From: Andalucia godoyi And28
Taxonomy: Eukaryota; Protista; Jakobida
DNA: 64,000 bases
Assembly (NCBI GenBank): GCA_009859145.1
Contig: VRVR01000036.1
Span: 29,383 to 93,382 of the forward strand
Direction of reading: 5' to 3'
This document shows positions 27,226 through 37,734 of the stretch, in pieces. Within the stretch, counting starts at the first letter, position 1. Each line of letters starts with the position of its first letter. A program made the translations under genes and the position numbers. The notes below the pieces were generated by a model. The model had not been told where the DNA came from, ran no database searches, and worked only from the letters and a program-made list of their open reading frames with translations.

Positions 27226-29289
27226 ATGGCTGCTGTTCAGGATTCGTCGTTTCAGAATGATGATGATCGACGGGCGTCGTCGATCTTTGGGGCGTCGATG
27301 GCGTCGCCTGCAGCGGGGCGTGCGTTTTCAGTGCGTGAGCAGGAAGAGGAAGTTGAGAAGATGCGCAAGACGAACTTTGAGCTGAAGCTCCAGATTTACC
27401 ACTTGCAGAATGAGATTCAGGAGAGAGATGCGGTGCTTGTGAAGGCTCGTGCAGCAATCTCGAAACTGTCTGGTGCACAAGCGATGACAGACTCATCGGC
27501 GGCGGCGGCGCAGTCGGCGGCGATTGAGGAAGGGCTGAAACACCGCATTGAGGAGCTTGAGCGGCGGTTGGTGGATGCTGACGAGCGGTACAGAGGCCGC
27601 ACGGAAGAGTTGGTGGGGTCTCGCGAAACCATCCAGCGGCTGGAGCAGGCCATCGAGCGTCTGCGAGCGTCTGTGCATCAGACGGACGAGATTTCATCCG
27701 TGTCTGCGCGGCTTAGGGCGTGCGAAGACGAGTTGCGGAGGCGTGAGGAGATGATGCTCCAGAAGGACAGGTTCATTGCAGAGTGCCAGCGCAGGACATC
27801 CGAGCTGGAGCGTGCGTTGGAGGCTGTTCGTGGGGAGAAGAAGGCGCTGGAGAATGCAGAGGAGGCGCGAAGGACAGTTACAGAGCGGTCGGCTGGCGAA
27901 TGGAAGGACAAGCTTATGCTCGTCGAACAAGAGTACAATCAGCGACTGAGCTCTTTGCAACAAGAACTCGTTGGTCGGTTTGAAGACAAGGTGAAGTCAC
28001 AGCGTACCGAGTACGAAGCCAAACTGCTGGTGATGGAAAGCCGATTGCGCGAGCAAGAGAGGCTCCACGATACCGCCTTGAATTCTGTGAAACAGGCGAC
28101 TGCGTTTGAGATGAACCGGCTTCGTGAAGAGCACAACCGCGTTCTGCAGCAGTTGCATTCGGAGACGGCTCAGAAGCTTTCATGGACTCGCTCGGAAATC
28201 GAAAAGATGCGGACTGTTGCTTCCGAATTTGAGAGGACTCGTGGAGAGTTTGATAGTATGAAGGCAGAGGAAGACCGACTGCGTTCGGAGCTCGAGATTT
28301 CTCGATCCGTCGAGCGGGATCTTCGACTTGACTTGGACCGATTCAAGTCTGAGAATGATCGTTTGATGAGCCACGAGCGTGAATTCCGAACAGAAATTGA
28401 GCGATGCCGCTCAGAAATCGATCGGCTCCGTGCGATGGAACGAGAATTGCAAGACCGGCTTCGCGAAGAAGCAAGCAGCGTCGAAAAGCTCCAAAAGCGC
28501 GTAGACGAAGCGGAGGCGCGAGCGGTGAGATACTCCGAGTCGAATCGTCTGCTGATTATGGAGGTTGAAGAGAAACGGTCGTTGGCAGACAAGGTGAATT
28601 CCAAGTTTAATACTCTCCGAGGAGAGAACAGTCAGCTGAAGGAAGAGAACCGCCGATTGTCTGCACTCGCATCCCGGGCCGGCGACAGGACGGACGAGAT
28701 TCGCCTTCTTTCAAGCACCTTGCATCAGATGCAGGAAAGTCAGCAAACAGTCATGCACGAACTGCATTCCAAAGTTTCTTCGTTGCATTCACAAGCTGTC
28801 CGGCTTACGGACTGGGCGCTGCGCTTGAACAGCAGCAACACAGCCTCTGCAAACTCGCAGCTTGATGCTCTTGAAGCACAGTGTCGATCTCTATACCGCT
28901 CGTCTTCCGAGCTGGCGTCTTCTCTGGCAGTGACAGATCGTGCACGGCATGAGGAGTTTGTTCAGGTTCGGGAATTGTTGCGATCACTGCTTGCGAATAC
29001 AGCGTCCCCGATGCGGTCACACGCCACAGACTCTCTCTTCGTGGAACCATCGCCGCTGGCCTCGGGCGCTCCGAAGGACTTTTTGTTGGATGATCCGCTT
29101 GCTTCATCGGCAGGGCGCGACAACGTGACGCGGCGGTTGCAAGATAGCTTTGGAACTCCGGTGAGCGCAAGCATGGATGGTGTCTCTCATCCGTCCTATG
29201 ATATGAACACCAAGATTGACGAAGAACTCCGTCTGCTCAAGGACCGTCTGCACCATCTCTCTAACTCGCCTGCGCTGAAGGATTCTTGA
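27226..29289 (+). CDS. Centrosomin/CDK5RAP2/Mto1-like CM1-motif coiled-coil protein (~687 aa)
   Basis: N-terminal CM1 motif FSVREQEEEVEKMRKTNFELKLQIYHLQ followed by a long heptad coiled coil. Confidence 0.78.
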   Translation: MAAVQDSSFQNDDDRRASSIFGASMASPAAGRAFSVREQEEEVEKMRKTNFELKLQIYHLQNEIQERDAVLVKARAAISKLSGAQAMTDSSAAAAQSAAIEEGLKHRIEELERRLVDADERYRGRTEELVGSRETIQRLEQAIERLRASVHQTDEISSVSARLRACEDELRRREEMMLQKDRFIAECQRRTSELERALEAVRGEKKALENAEEARRTVTERSAGEWKDKLMLVEQEYNQRLSSLQQELVGRFEDKVKSQRTEYEAKLLVMESRLREQERLHDTALNSVKQATAFEMNRLREEHNRVLQQLHSETAQKLSWTRSEIEKMRTVASEFERTRGEFDSMKAEEDRLRSELEISRSVERDLRLDLDRFKSENDRLMSHEREFRTEIERCRSEIDRLRAMERELQDRLREEASSVEKLQKRVDEAEARAVRYSESNRLLIMEVEEKRSLADKVNSKFNTLRGENSQLKEENRRLSALASRAGDRTDEIRLLSSTLHQMQESQQTVMHELHSKVSSLHSQAVRLTDWALRLNSSNTASANSQLDALEAQCRSLYRSSSELASSLAVTDRARHEEFVQVRELLRSLLANTASPMRSHATDSLFVEPSPLASGAPKDFLLDDPLASSAGRDNVTRRLQDSFGTPVSASMDGVSHPSYDMNTKIDEELRLLKDRLHHLSNSPALKDS

Positions 29290-29412
29290 TTTTCATGTGT
29301 AAATCAATCGTTATGTAACAATGCAAGATTTGGTATTTTTGCAACAATGAAACATTCGCGTGGTACGAGCAATTTTCGTTTTCTTTTTCATCATTACAAC
29401 TAACCTAGTAGA

Positions 29413-29415
<3 letters not shown>

Positions 29416-29481
<66 letters not shown>
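29416..29481. repeat. (AG)n microsatellite
   Basis: Pure AG run between convergent genes. Confidence 0.95.
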
Positions 29482-29484
<3 letters not shown>

Positions 29485-29599
29485 GGGACGGGATAGAAAA
29501 ACAAACAAGAGGTGCGAAAAATCGTGGATACGGTATTTTTGAGACAGCCAAGAACAGAACAGCAACAACAACCCCGGGAACATCCGCTCGGCAGAGACA

Positions 29600-31477
29600 T
29601 TACGAGTCATCTTTTGAAGCCGTGCGGCGCTTTCGAGATGGGGGAACAGGCTTCCCCTTCAAGCCAAACTGTTTGGGAACTTTGCCGCGCTGCAGCCAGT
29701 CGATGCCACGCATCAATCCACTCATGTTTTCCTCGTCAAGTTCCTGCGCGGCGGAAACGGCAGTCGGAGAGGCAGCAGAGGGGGTAACGGGTGACGGACT
29801 TCCAGTATCAAACGCCAGTCCACCTTGAGGACTCGCTCCAACAGGAGACCTGTTCAGCACGCAGCCGCCGCCGCCTGGAGCGATGACTGGGGTTGGGCTC
29901 CCCGCGATCGAGCCACCTGGAGGAAACATCGACTGAGTGCCGAACCCAGAAGAAGCCGCTGATCCATACACGTAGTGGGAAGGAGATGCGATCTGGCCAG
30001 CAGAGCCCGTAGGAGACGGTCCGCCCACGGGCGAACTTTGCGCGCCTTGCGACGGTGACAATGCATATGTACCACCCCAATACGCCGGGCCAGCAGGAGC
30101 ATTTTGACCATATGTGCCGGGATGCGATGGAGAAACATGATGCATGTTCGTGTGTGCGTACGGGTACGGATGTGCGTGCGAGTGCGCGTGCGCGTGCGGG
30201 TTTGAGTGAGAAGAATACATCGATGCGGGATAGGAAGACATTTGCGACACTTGAGAATGTGGAAAGTGCGAAGAAGGAGGGTGTAGACCTGCATGGGAAT
30301 GCGCAGTCGGATACGCATGAAGGGTCCACGGATACGCTCCTGCATTCGGCGAAACCTGCGGATGCTGATGCTGATGCTGATGATGCTGATGCATGGAGGA
30401 CACCCCTGCGCCTCCTCGGAAAGGAGCAGCAGAAGGGGGGAGCGACACGCCTCTTCGTGCTCTCGTAGCGTTCGCATTGGATGCGAACGCGGAGTCACCA
30501 CCCGCAATGACTACATGGTCAGAGAACGACACCTGCACTCCCTGTCTCGGCGGTGCGCTCGGTGCCGCTGCAGGACCGTGTACACTGTAGCTGGGTCCGG
30601 TCGCTCCAGCATTGTACAGACCCGTCGATGATGCAGACGACGTCGACGTGGATGTGGACGTGGAGGGGGTGGATGCATCGGGGCTTGAGGAGCCGACAAC
30701 ACTCAGCGCTTGCATAGACGGCACAAGCGGTGAAGCAGAACGGAGGCCTGCGGATTGATTTCCGTACGCTGAGCCACTCTCTGCAGCGTGCTGACCCCCT
30801 GGTGGTGACGATGACGACGACAAGAACAGGTGGGACTGCGGCTTCGAAGTATTGCTATTCATCGACGACGCTGTAGTAATTGTTGCGGTAGATGCCCCAG
30901 AAGCCAAGATGGTGGCGACTTGATTTGCATTGGTGAGAATAGCCTGTTGGGAAAGCGTCAGTGACTGCGGACGCGAGCCATGATACGTGTTTCTCCGAGG
31001 ACGGCCTTGAGAATCGGGCGCAGCCGATGCCGACGACAGAAACAGTGACTCGGCACCATCGGCCATAGAAGACACGGAAGTCGGAGAAGAACAGGAAGCA
31101 GAAGACAGCTGCGGACCATCCACAATGTCCTGGATCGTCGGCATCCGAAGCGACGACTGCGACGAAATCGACGACGCACGAGACCTTCCTTCATTATCAC
31201 GGTACGCCTTTTGCGGCCGGTCGCTCTCCTCGGGTCCAAACTCATCAGACAGCGCAAGCGAGTTTGTAGACGAAGCATACGGAAGAAACGAAGACGATGC
31301 AGCTGTCACCCCTCCAGTCCCTCCTGGAATCTTCGAAACGCACGATGAAGACGCGGAGTGCATCGAGTCGGCCGTTGCACACAACGGTAGAAACGACGCC
31401 GTGTCTTTTGGTCCGTTTGAAAACGACCGACGACGAGTCTGCCGCTCAAGCTCCTCGAGCGAATTCGTAACATTCAT
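29600..31477 (-). CDS. Ser/Pro/His-rich low-complexity hypothetical protein (~625 aa)
   Basis: Long GC-rich ORF flanked by AT-rich spacers; no domain recognised. Confidence 0.7.
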   Translation of the reverse strand: MNVTNSLEELERQTRRRSFSNGPKDTASFLPLCATADSMHSASSSCVSKIPGGTGGVTAASSSFLPYASSTNSLALSDEFGPEESDRPQKAYRDNEGRSRASSISSQSSLRMPTIQDIVDGPQLSSASCSSPTSVSSMADGAESLFLSSASAAPDSQGRPRRNTYHGSRPQSLTLSQQAILTNANQVATILASGASTATITTASSMNSNTSKPQSHLFLSSSSSPPGGQHAAESGSAYGNQSAGLRSASPLVPSMQALSVVGSSSPDASTPSTSTSTSTSSASSTGLYNAGATGPSYSVHGPAAAPSAPPRQGVQVSFSDHVVIAGGDSAFASNANATRARRGVSLPPSAAPFRGGAGVSSMHQHHQHQHQHPQVSPNAGAYPWTLHAYPTAHSHAGLHPPSSHFPHSQVSQMSSYPASMYSSHSNPHAHAHSHAHPYPYAHTNMHHVSPSHPGTYGQNAPAGPAYWGGTYALSPSQGAQSSPVGGPSPTGSAGQIASPSHYVYGSAASSGFGTQSMFPPGGSIAGSPTPVIAPGGGGCVLNRSPVGASPQGGLAFDTGSPSPVTPSAASPTAVSAAQELDEENMSGLMRGIDWLQRGKVPKQFGLKGKPVPPSRKRRTASKDDS

Positions 31478-32720
31478 GACTCCAAACAATGGCAATTATA
31501 ATAACAACAAACGATTATAAGACAATAACTATAATAACAATAATAATAACAATAATAATAATAATAATAATCAGCAGACAGAAAGAGGTAGCAAGGAACC
31601 CTTGGTTGTCTCAGAATGATAGTTTTGTTTTTTGTTTTCGCTGCTTCAGATGCGTATGTACAACAACCAAGAATTCATTCGACGTAAATGGTGAAACAAG
31701 CAATTGAATAACAAGAAAAGAATGAAAGAACTGATAATAGTAATGGAGCAATGCAAAACCCAAAACAAGATGTATTTGGAATCGAAGAAAGAAGCGGTCT
31801 GCGGAGGAGACACCGATATATCGTGTTGTGGAGGAAAGGCGGAAAAGGGAAACTCAAAAGGGTAAAATGGACGATGGGTGATGGGTTTTCAAACGCGTCA
31901 TCGGACAAAAAACAAACCAATGAAACAATGAAAAATTAAAATAAAGGTATACAGTGAAGCTTTCTGCTCGCGCAAAAGGGTCGTGGACTGGGTGAGGTGC
32001 AGAGCATGTCCATCATCTGCACTAGGAGGGGGTGCATGTATTCCGACATCACATCCATCAAATTTGCCAAGTGGGTTACAATGTTGGTCGCATCAGAAGG
32101 GGGTCGAAATGGACTCGAAAGAACAGGAGAGGAATGAAAAAGGGAAAGGGGGGAAAGGGGGGAAGGGGGAGGGAAGAGCACAAGACTGCTCGAGGGACTC
32201 GTTTGACATTTGGCGTCTCAGCACCCAGCAGCCGACAACTTCGGAGCTGAGCGGGGGGAGTCGCAGAGTAGGCACACCTGACAAACGCCATGCAGGGCCC
32301 TATAACGCAGTCGAGTTCGGGGTTTATCGCGTGCACTCTTCTTGTTACGAAACGAAAAGACGAAGAAATTACTCCGAGGCTTGTGACTAGCAACTTGCGA
32401 GTCATCCAATGGGAACGTGCGGGTAGCTGGGAGACGTGGGACCACAACAGTTGGATGTGTTTGTTGTTGTTGTTGTTGTTTTTCTTTTCTTTTCTTTTCT
32501 TTTCCTCTTTAAAGAAGGGAAGAAACTGAAATGGCAATGATGAGGATAACAATAACGAAATCCATCCCCACCCCACCCCACCCCCCGAGAGATGAAGAAC
32601 TCCATGACAAAATGCAAGACATTGCAATTAAGGCTGTTTTTAAAATATACATATATAAACGTAACAATAAGTCAAATACTTGCATTTTCGAATAAATAAG
32701 AACGACGGGGAAGGAGAACC

Positions 32721-34109
32721 CTATTGCACTGGGTCTTGAAAGGCATAGAAGCTGAGAGTAGAGAGCGCGAGGGACAGGGAATAGAATGCGACTCGTGTGG
32801 CCATGTTCATTGCCTTGACGCGCACCGAAGCAGGGCGACGGTTTCTGCCGATGGCACCGTCCTCTGCACCACTGCCACCGCCACCGCCACCGCCACCGCC
32901 ACTGCCGCCACCTTGCTGACCAAACGCATCAAGATCGAATCGGGTCTTGGACGGTCCAAGCATGTCAAAGTCTTGTCGTGTAAAGTACAGTTCCGAAAAG
33001 CTCGAGCGCTCCATTCCACACGCAGAAACCAGTGCCGCTGGGGTCAGTGTCCGGATGAACACCTTCGCTCTACCCATTGACGAAATGAGTCGCTCCGGAA
33101 ACGTACCATAGGTCGGAATGTGCTGAATATATTTGTGCACTTCTGCGCTGAACACTCCAAACGGCGAGTCATCGTCGGTCATCGGAGGACCCACCGCATT
33201 GCTGGTTGCGTCGTTTCCGGCACTGGTGACGGAGGAGCAAACGTCTTCGGAGCCTGCCATCGCATCTCTGTCGTCGCTGTCATCAAGATTCGGAGGCATC
33301 TTGGAAATCCGGATGATCTCATCTGAATAGTCGCCAATCAAAAAGGCAGACACATACAAGACGAACATGGGGTGCTCGTCGAATATCTCATCAAAGACTG
33401 CCAGCACACAGTACAGATCCTCGCAGTCATGAGAAAACCAGGTGAGAACCCACGGAACAAGGAAGAATGGAGGCATTTCGGTGGACTCGAAGAATGCAGC
33501 AATTCGGTGTTCGTCCAAGAACCGAAGCAGCGGATAAAACAGCGAGAGCTCCTCCAGCAATTGCGTCAAATCCTTCTGCATGTGAAGCTTGAGCAGCGAA
33601 TCGGTCAGTCGCTGCAGAATCGCCAACGTCAGTCCATCTGACTCGGACGAAACCAACAGAATCGAAACAACATCATGCAATCCTTGGAAATAGTATCGGT
33701 CCGCCTGCCGCTGCTCCATAAACGTGTGAATGATCGCTGCCAATCGCGTACGGTACAACTGACGAACTTCCTCAGACGGCATAAACGACGCGTACATGCA
33801 ATTCACAAACGATCGGTTGATATCCTTTTCCACTTGGTCATAATCACGATGTGAGTGCGGCCGCGGACACCGGATAAAATCAGCCACAATTCCATTAGCT
33901 TCCTCGATTTCCGCGTGCGATATACGCAATGAATGCGCCCACTTTTCAGCACGGGAGCCCAATAAGGACCCGACGGTCGACGATGAGCTCACCGTTGCAT
34001 GGTGTCGCTTATGTCGAGATCGCAACGAAGGCGAAAGGTTCACCGTTTCAAACTCGGATTCCACTCGGGAATGATTCCGTCGTCGATGCCGGACCGGTTT
34101 TGAACTCAT
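32721..34109 (-). CDS. TBC-domain Rab GAP (TBC1D20/Gyp8-like), ~462 aa
   Basis: QVEKDINRSF (IxxDxxR arginine finger), YFQGLHDVVSILL (YxQG glutamine finger), FFLVPWVLTWFSHD, and a C-terminal hydrophobic anchor. Confidence 0.85.
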   Translation of the reverse strand: MSSKPVRHRRRNHSRVESEFETVNLSPSLRSRHKRHHATVSSSSTVGSLLGSRAEKWAHSLRISHAEIEEANGIVADFIRCPRPHSHRDYDQVEKDINRSFVNCMYASFMPSEEVRQLYRTRLAAIIHTFMEQRQADRYYFQGLHDVVSILLVSSESDGLTLAILQRLTDSLLKLHMQKDLTQLLEELSLFYPLLRFLDEHRIAAFFESTEMPPFFLVPWVLTWFSHDCEDLYCVLAVFDEIFDEHPMFVLYVSAFLIGDYSDEIIRISKMPPNLDDSDDRDAMAGSEDVCSSVTSAGNDATSNAVGPPMTDDDSPFGVFSAEVHKYIQHIPTYGTFPERLISSMGRAKVFIRTLTPAALVSACGMERSSFSELYFTRQDFDMLGPSKTRFDLDAFGQQGGGSGGGGGGGGGSGAEDGAIGRNRRPASVRVKAMNMATRVAFYSLSLALSTLSFYAFQDPVQ

Positions 34110-35397
34110 TGCGAATTCATCCAACAACAAAGAAAGTATTCAAATACAATATATATAATGGAGGACGCGGAAGAATATTCGCAGCGTTTCCGTCCTCTGT
34201 GTCCGTGGGTGAAGAAGAAGGGAGTTTAAATAAATTTAAAAAATACGAAAATTCACAACATATAATAATAATAATAATAATAAAGCCAGTAATAAAGACA
34301 AAAGATGAAAGAAGGACGGCTAATGAAACGGATCAATACGGCCAGTGCAGTCGACTGATGGAGAATCAATCAAAAATAGGGCAAGTTGTGTACAGCCGGC
34401 AAGCGGAGAGAAAAAGCAACAAAAACTACCGAGCGTGTTTTTCCCCCGCAAAAAAAGCGACTGAAAAAGGGTGTGGGCGTGATGCAGCATTTTATCGAAA
34501 GACCCAAAAATACTGTCTCTGGTGATGTGCGGGGCCTACCGCCTCGGGCGGCGGTGGAATGTTTGATCCATTCTCAGCTGCCATGCGCATCGCTGCAACC
34601 ACTATTGCAGGGTTTTTTACCTATTTTTATTATTTATTCATTTTTTGTTAGAGGAACAGTCTAAAATTTGCAAAAATATCCGCGGCGCCAGCTACTGTAG
34701 TTCGGAACAGAGTCAGAGCAGACGGGAGAATCTTGTCAACGAAGCCTGTGAAAGGTGAGACTCGAGAGGAATCTGGTAGAATCCAATCGAGATCTGTCGA
34801 CTTCTCGCGACAGCCAGAGGCATCCAAGTTGGAATCCCCACGATTCTGCTTGCCTCTCCACACCATAAATGGAAACTGATGATGGAAATGCGACCAAATG
34901 CGACTTCTCGATGCCATAAAAGGCAGTTTGCCGCTGATTTTTTCCCAAAACGGATTTCGCGGGTCGTCGGAAACCTCATCAATTCGCTCCGAGGACAAAC
35001 TCCGCTTCAACTTCCTCTCGTCTCTTTTTTGGTTTATCTTTCTTCGTCCCTCTCCGTATTGTTTTACTTTCTCGCTCTGCGTCTAAACACACCTTTAATA
35101 ATTATTTTATTATCTTTTTTTTTTGCGTCTAATCCTCAGCATCGTGTAGTACGAATCGTATTGAGAACTCGTTGTTTTCTCATTCTCTTTTTCTGTTTTT
35201 CTGTTTGTTTGTTTGTTTTTTTTGGATTTTTTTGTGCAAAAAAGAAGAGAAGAGAAGAGACATTTGAAACCCTGAATCGTCGTTTAATGATTTGTCGGTA
35301 GCAGGAGTCCTTCATTGCAAAGTATTTTCACACATCTACATTCTCAAGATTCCAGTTTGAAGACAGAAGAAGAAGCAAAAGCAGCGCTAAAACAAAC

Positions 35398-36840
35398 ATG
35401 CTGACTGCATCGTCCTTTGAACCCGTTGAGTCCTCATCTTCCAATAAGCGTGTGAAGCGCAAGGCTTCGGTGAAGTGGACTTCCGATGAAGACGAGCGGC
35501 TGCGTGCTGCGGTTGCAGTCTATGGAGGCAAGGAGTGGTCGCAGATTGCAGCCTTTGTTGCGACGAAGGACAAGGTTGCGTGCTATCAGCACTGGTTCCG
35601 CGTTCTCCATCCGCAGATATCAAAGGCAAAATTCACAGACTCCGATTACTGTGCCCTTGCATGGAGAGTGAAGGTTTATGGGACGTCGGCGTGGTGCAAA
35701 ATCGCCGAGGGTATGCCGGGTCGCACCGATACACAATGCCGCGCAAGATGGCTCGATATTGTGAAGGGCACGACGGCCGTGTGGAGAAGACTTCGTGTGT
35801 GCGTTCTTGGAGAGGTGGCAGATCAGATTGATGCTTCATATGGCGGCGCCTCGTTGCCTCCCCACTTGGTTCATCTTCCGAACGCGGTCATGACTGCCGA
35901 TGAAATGAAGGATATTCTGAGCAAGGAATTTGGGTTTTCAGCTCCTGATCCGGTGGCTCCTGCGCTTCCAATGGTTTCCGTCCCATCTCATCACACCTCA
36001 TTGCCGATGTTGGACTGTGGTGGCGGGCTTTCATCATCTTCTGCGTCTTCGTTCGCATCCGCGTCGGCCACTGCATCACCCGTGTCCACTTGCTCTTGCT
36101 GCACGCATCTGGAGCGAGAGTCGTCGTTTGGTGCGGATGCAATGCGCGTGCGATATGCTGCAGATGGCACCACACCGCCTCCAGTGAATCTCTGTCTGCG
36201 TTCTTCGTGGCGGAAGTGTGTCGAGACGAAAGGAATAGGCATTCCAACCGCGAATGTTGCGTCTCCAGCACAGTCGTTCCACTCCTCGAACGCGTCTTCC
36301 AACTGCTCGACTGCCCCTTCAACGCCCACCGCGACTGCGCTCGCATTTTCATTTGCAAATGTCCGAGTTCATTCGTTTGGAAATTCCGCAGCGTCGGTGG
36401 ATGCTGTTTGCTCGAGCGGCTCGGCACCCATGAACATCGCCTCTTCCTCTTCCTCTTCCTCTTCCTCTTCTCCGCCAACAACAACACCGATGCCGGAGGA
36501 CATGGGTGCTTGTTTTATGTGCACATCAAAGGTTTCAGCCCCGCAATTTGAGTCATTCATGACCCGAAAGAGACCAGTGTCTGAGCAGATCATCTCGGTC
36601 GCGGTGCAGAAGCACGACGAGAAAAAACCGAAGCTGGCGACAGACCTATGGGAAAATGAAGATGCAGTCATGCAATGGGGACTGTTTGCCTTTGAGGAAC
36701 CTGCGCCAGAAGTCCCGTCTTACAGCGAAAGTGATTCGCAGCGTGGTCGTCTCCAGGATTCTCCGAGTCGCATCTTCATTCAAGACACGATGGTCGGGAG
36801 CTTGTCTGCTGCAGAATTCGACTGGATGGATGATTTGTAG
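35398..36840 (+). CDS. Two-repeat Myb protein, subfamily A (copy 1), 480 aa
   Basis: KWTSDEDERL...W..IA...KDKVACYQHWFRVLHP...AWCKIAEGMPGRTDTQCRARW. Confidence 0.92.
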   Translation: MLTASSFEPVESSSSNKRVKRKASVKWTSDEDERLRAAVAVYGGKEWSQIAAFVATKDKVACYQHWFRVLHPQISKAKFTDSDYCALAWRVKVYGTSAWCKIAEGMPGRTDTQCRARWLDIVKGTTAVWRRLRVCVLGEVADQIDASYGGASLPPHLVHLPNAVMTADEMKDILSKEFGFSAPDPVAPALPMVSVPSHHTSLPMLDCGGGLSSSSASSFASASATASPVSTCSCCTHLERESSFGADAMRVRYAADGTTPPPVNLCLRSSWRKCVETKGIGIPTANVASPAQSFHSSNASSNCSTAPSTPTATALAFSFANVRVHSFGNSAASVDAVCSSGSAPMNIASSSSSSSSSSPPTTTPMPEDMGACFMCTSKVSAPQFESFMTRKRPVSEQIISVAVQKHDEKKPKLATDLWENEDAVMQWGLFAFEEPAPEVPSYSESDSQRGRLQDSPSRIFIQDTMVGSLSAAEFDWMDDL

Positions 36841-37067
36841 GCACGCATGCCCAATTCATTCCTCTTCTTCTTCTCCGTGATTATTTTCGTTTTTATTTTA
36901 ATTCGGTATTCCGTCTCTCCTCTATGATTTCGGTGCTGGCTACATTGCCTTCCTGGTTTTCCTTGTAATAAATATCAATATTTCGTTATTTGTATACATG
37001 GTAAGTGTACGCAGCTGTACACATTTTCCAACTCGTGTCTCCATTTTATTGTATTATTATTATTATT

Positions 37068-37103
<36 letters not shown>

Positions 37104-37734
37104 ACTGTTGTTTGAATTAAATATTTTCTTCCTCAAAAAAAGCAACCGTAATGAGTGGACTGTAGTGGGGAAAATCAAATAATCGATGAGCGGCGAAACC
37201 TTAAAAAAAGCAGGAGACACCCCAGAAGAAACTCCGTTGAGAAAAAAGAATGGGAAAAGAAAAAGCATCTCTTCAAAAAGGAGGGTGAATTCAATCGGGG
37301 GAGGGTTCGAATCGCCCATTTTTGCCGGGCCATTTTCCCTGCATAATGGGGTTTCGGCATTTCCCTTTTGCCCGTTTTTTCTAATTTTCTCGTGTCTCCT
37401 CCATTTTTGCTTCCGTTTTCTCTCTTCTTTTCGTTCGTTTATTCTAGATTTCTTTTTTTTTTTTTTTTGTTATACATCGGCTAAAACCTCAAAGTAAACT
37501 TATTCTTTTTTCTCTTTTCGTTCAACGAGGGGCTTCAGCAGTGTAGTCCCTCGCTGTACGGACAATATCCTCTTCTATCCCCGTCCGCGCTGGATCATTT
37601 ATAATCGAGACGCGAACTTCGGATTACAGGAAAAATTCTCTTCTTCTTCTTATTATCATTCTTCTTATTCTCTAACATCACTGTCTTGGCACCTTAGCGC
37701 GGATTTCTGCAGAGTTTTTCGAGTGTATTTTGCT

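Noticed and set aside
32350-32450. Weak similarity to the Fanzor 3' end (GAACGTGCG...GAGACGTG)
   Set aside because: Only short matches with no collinear protein motif.
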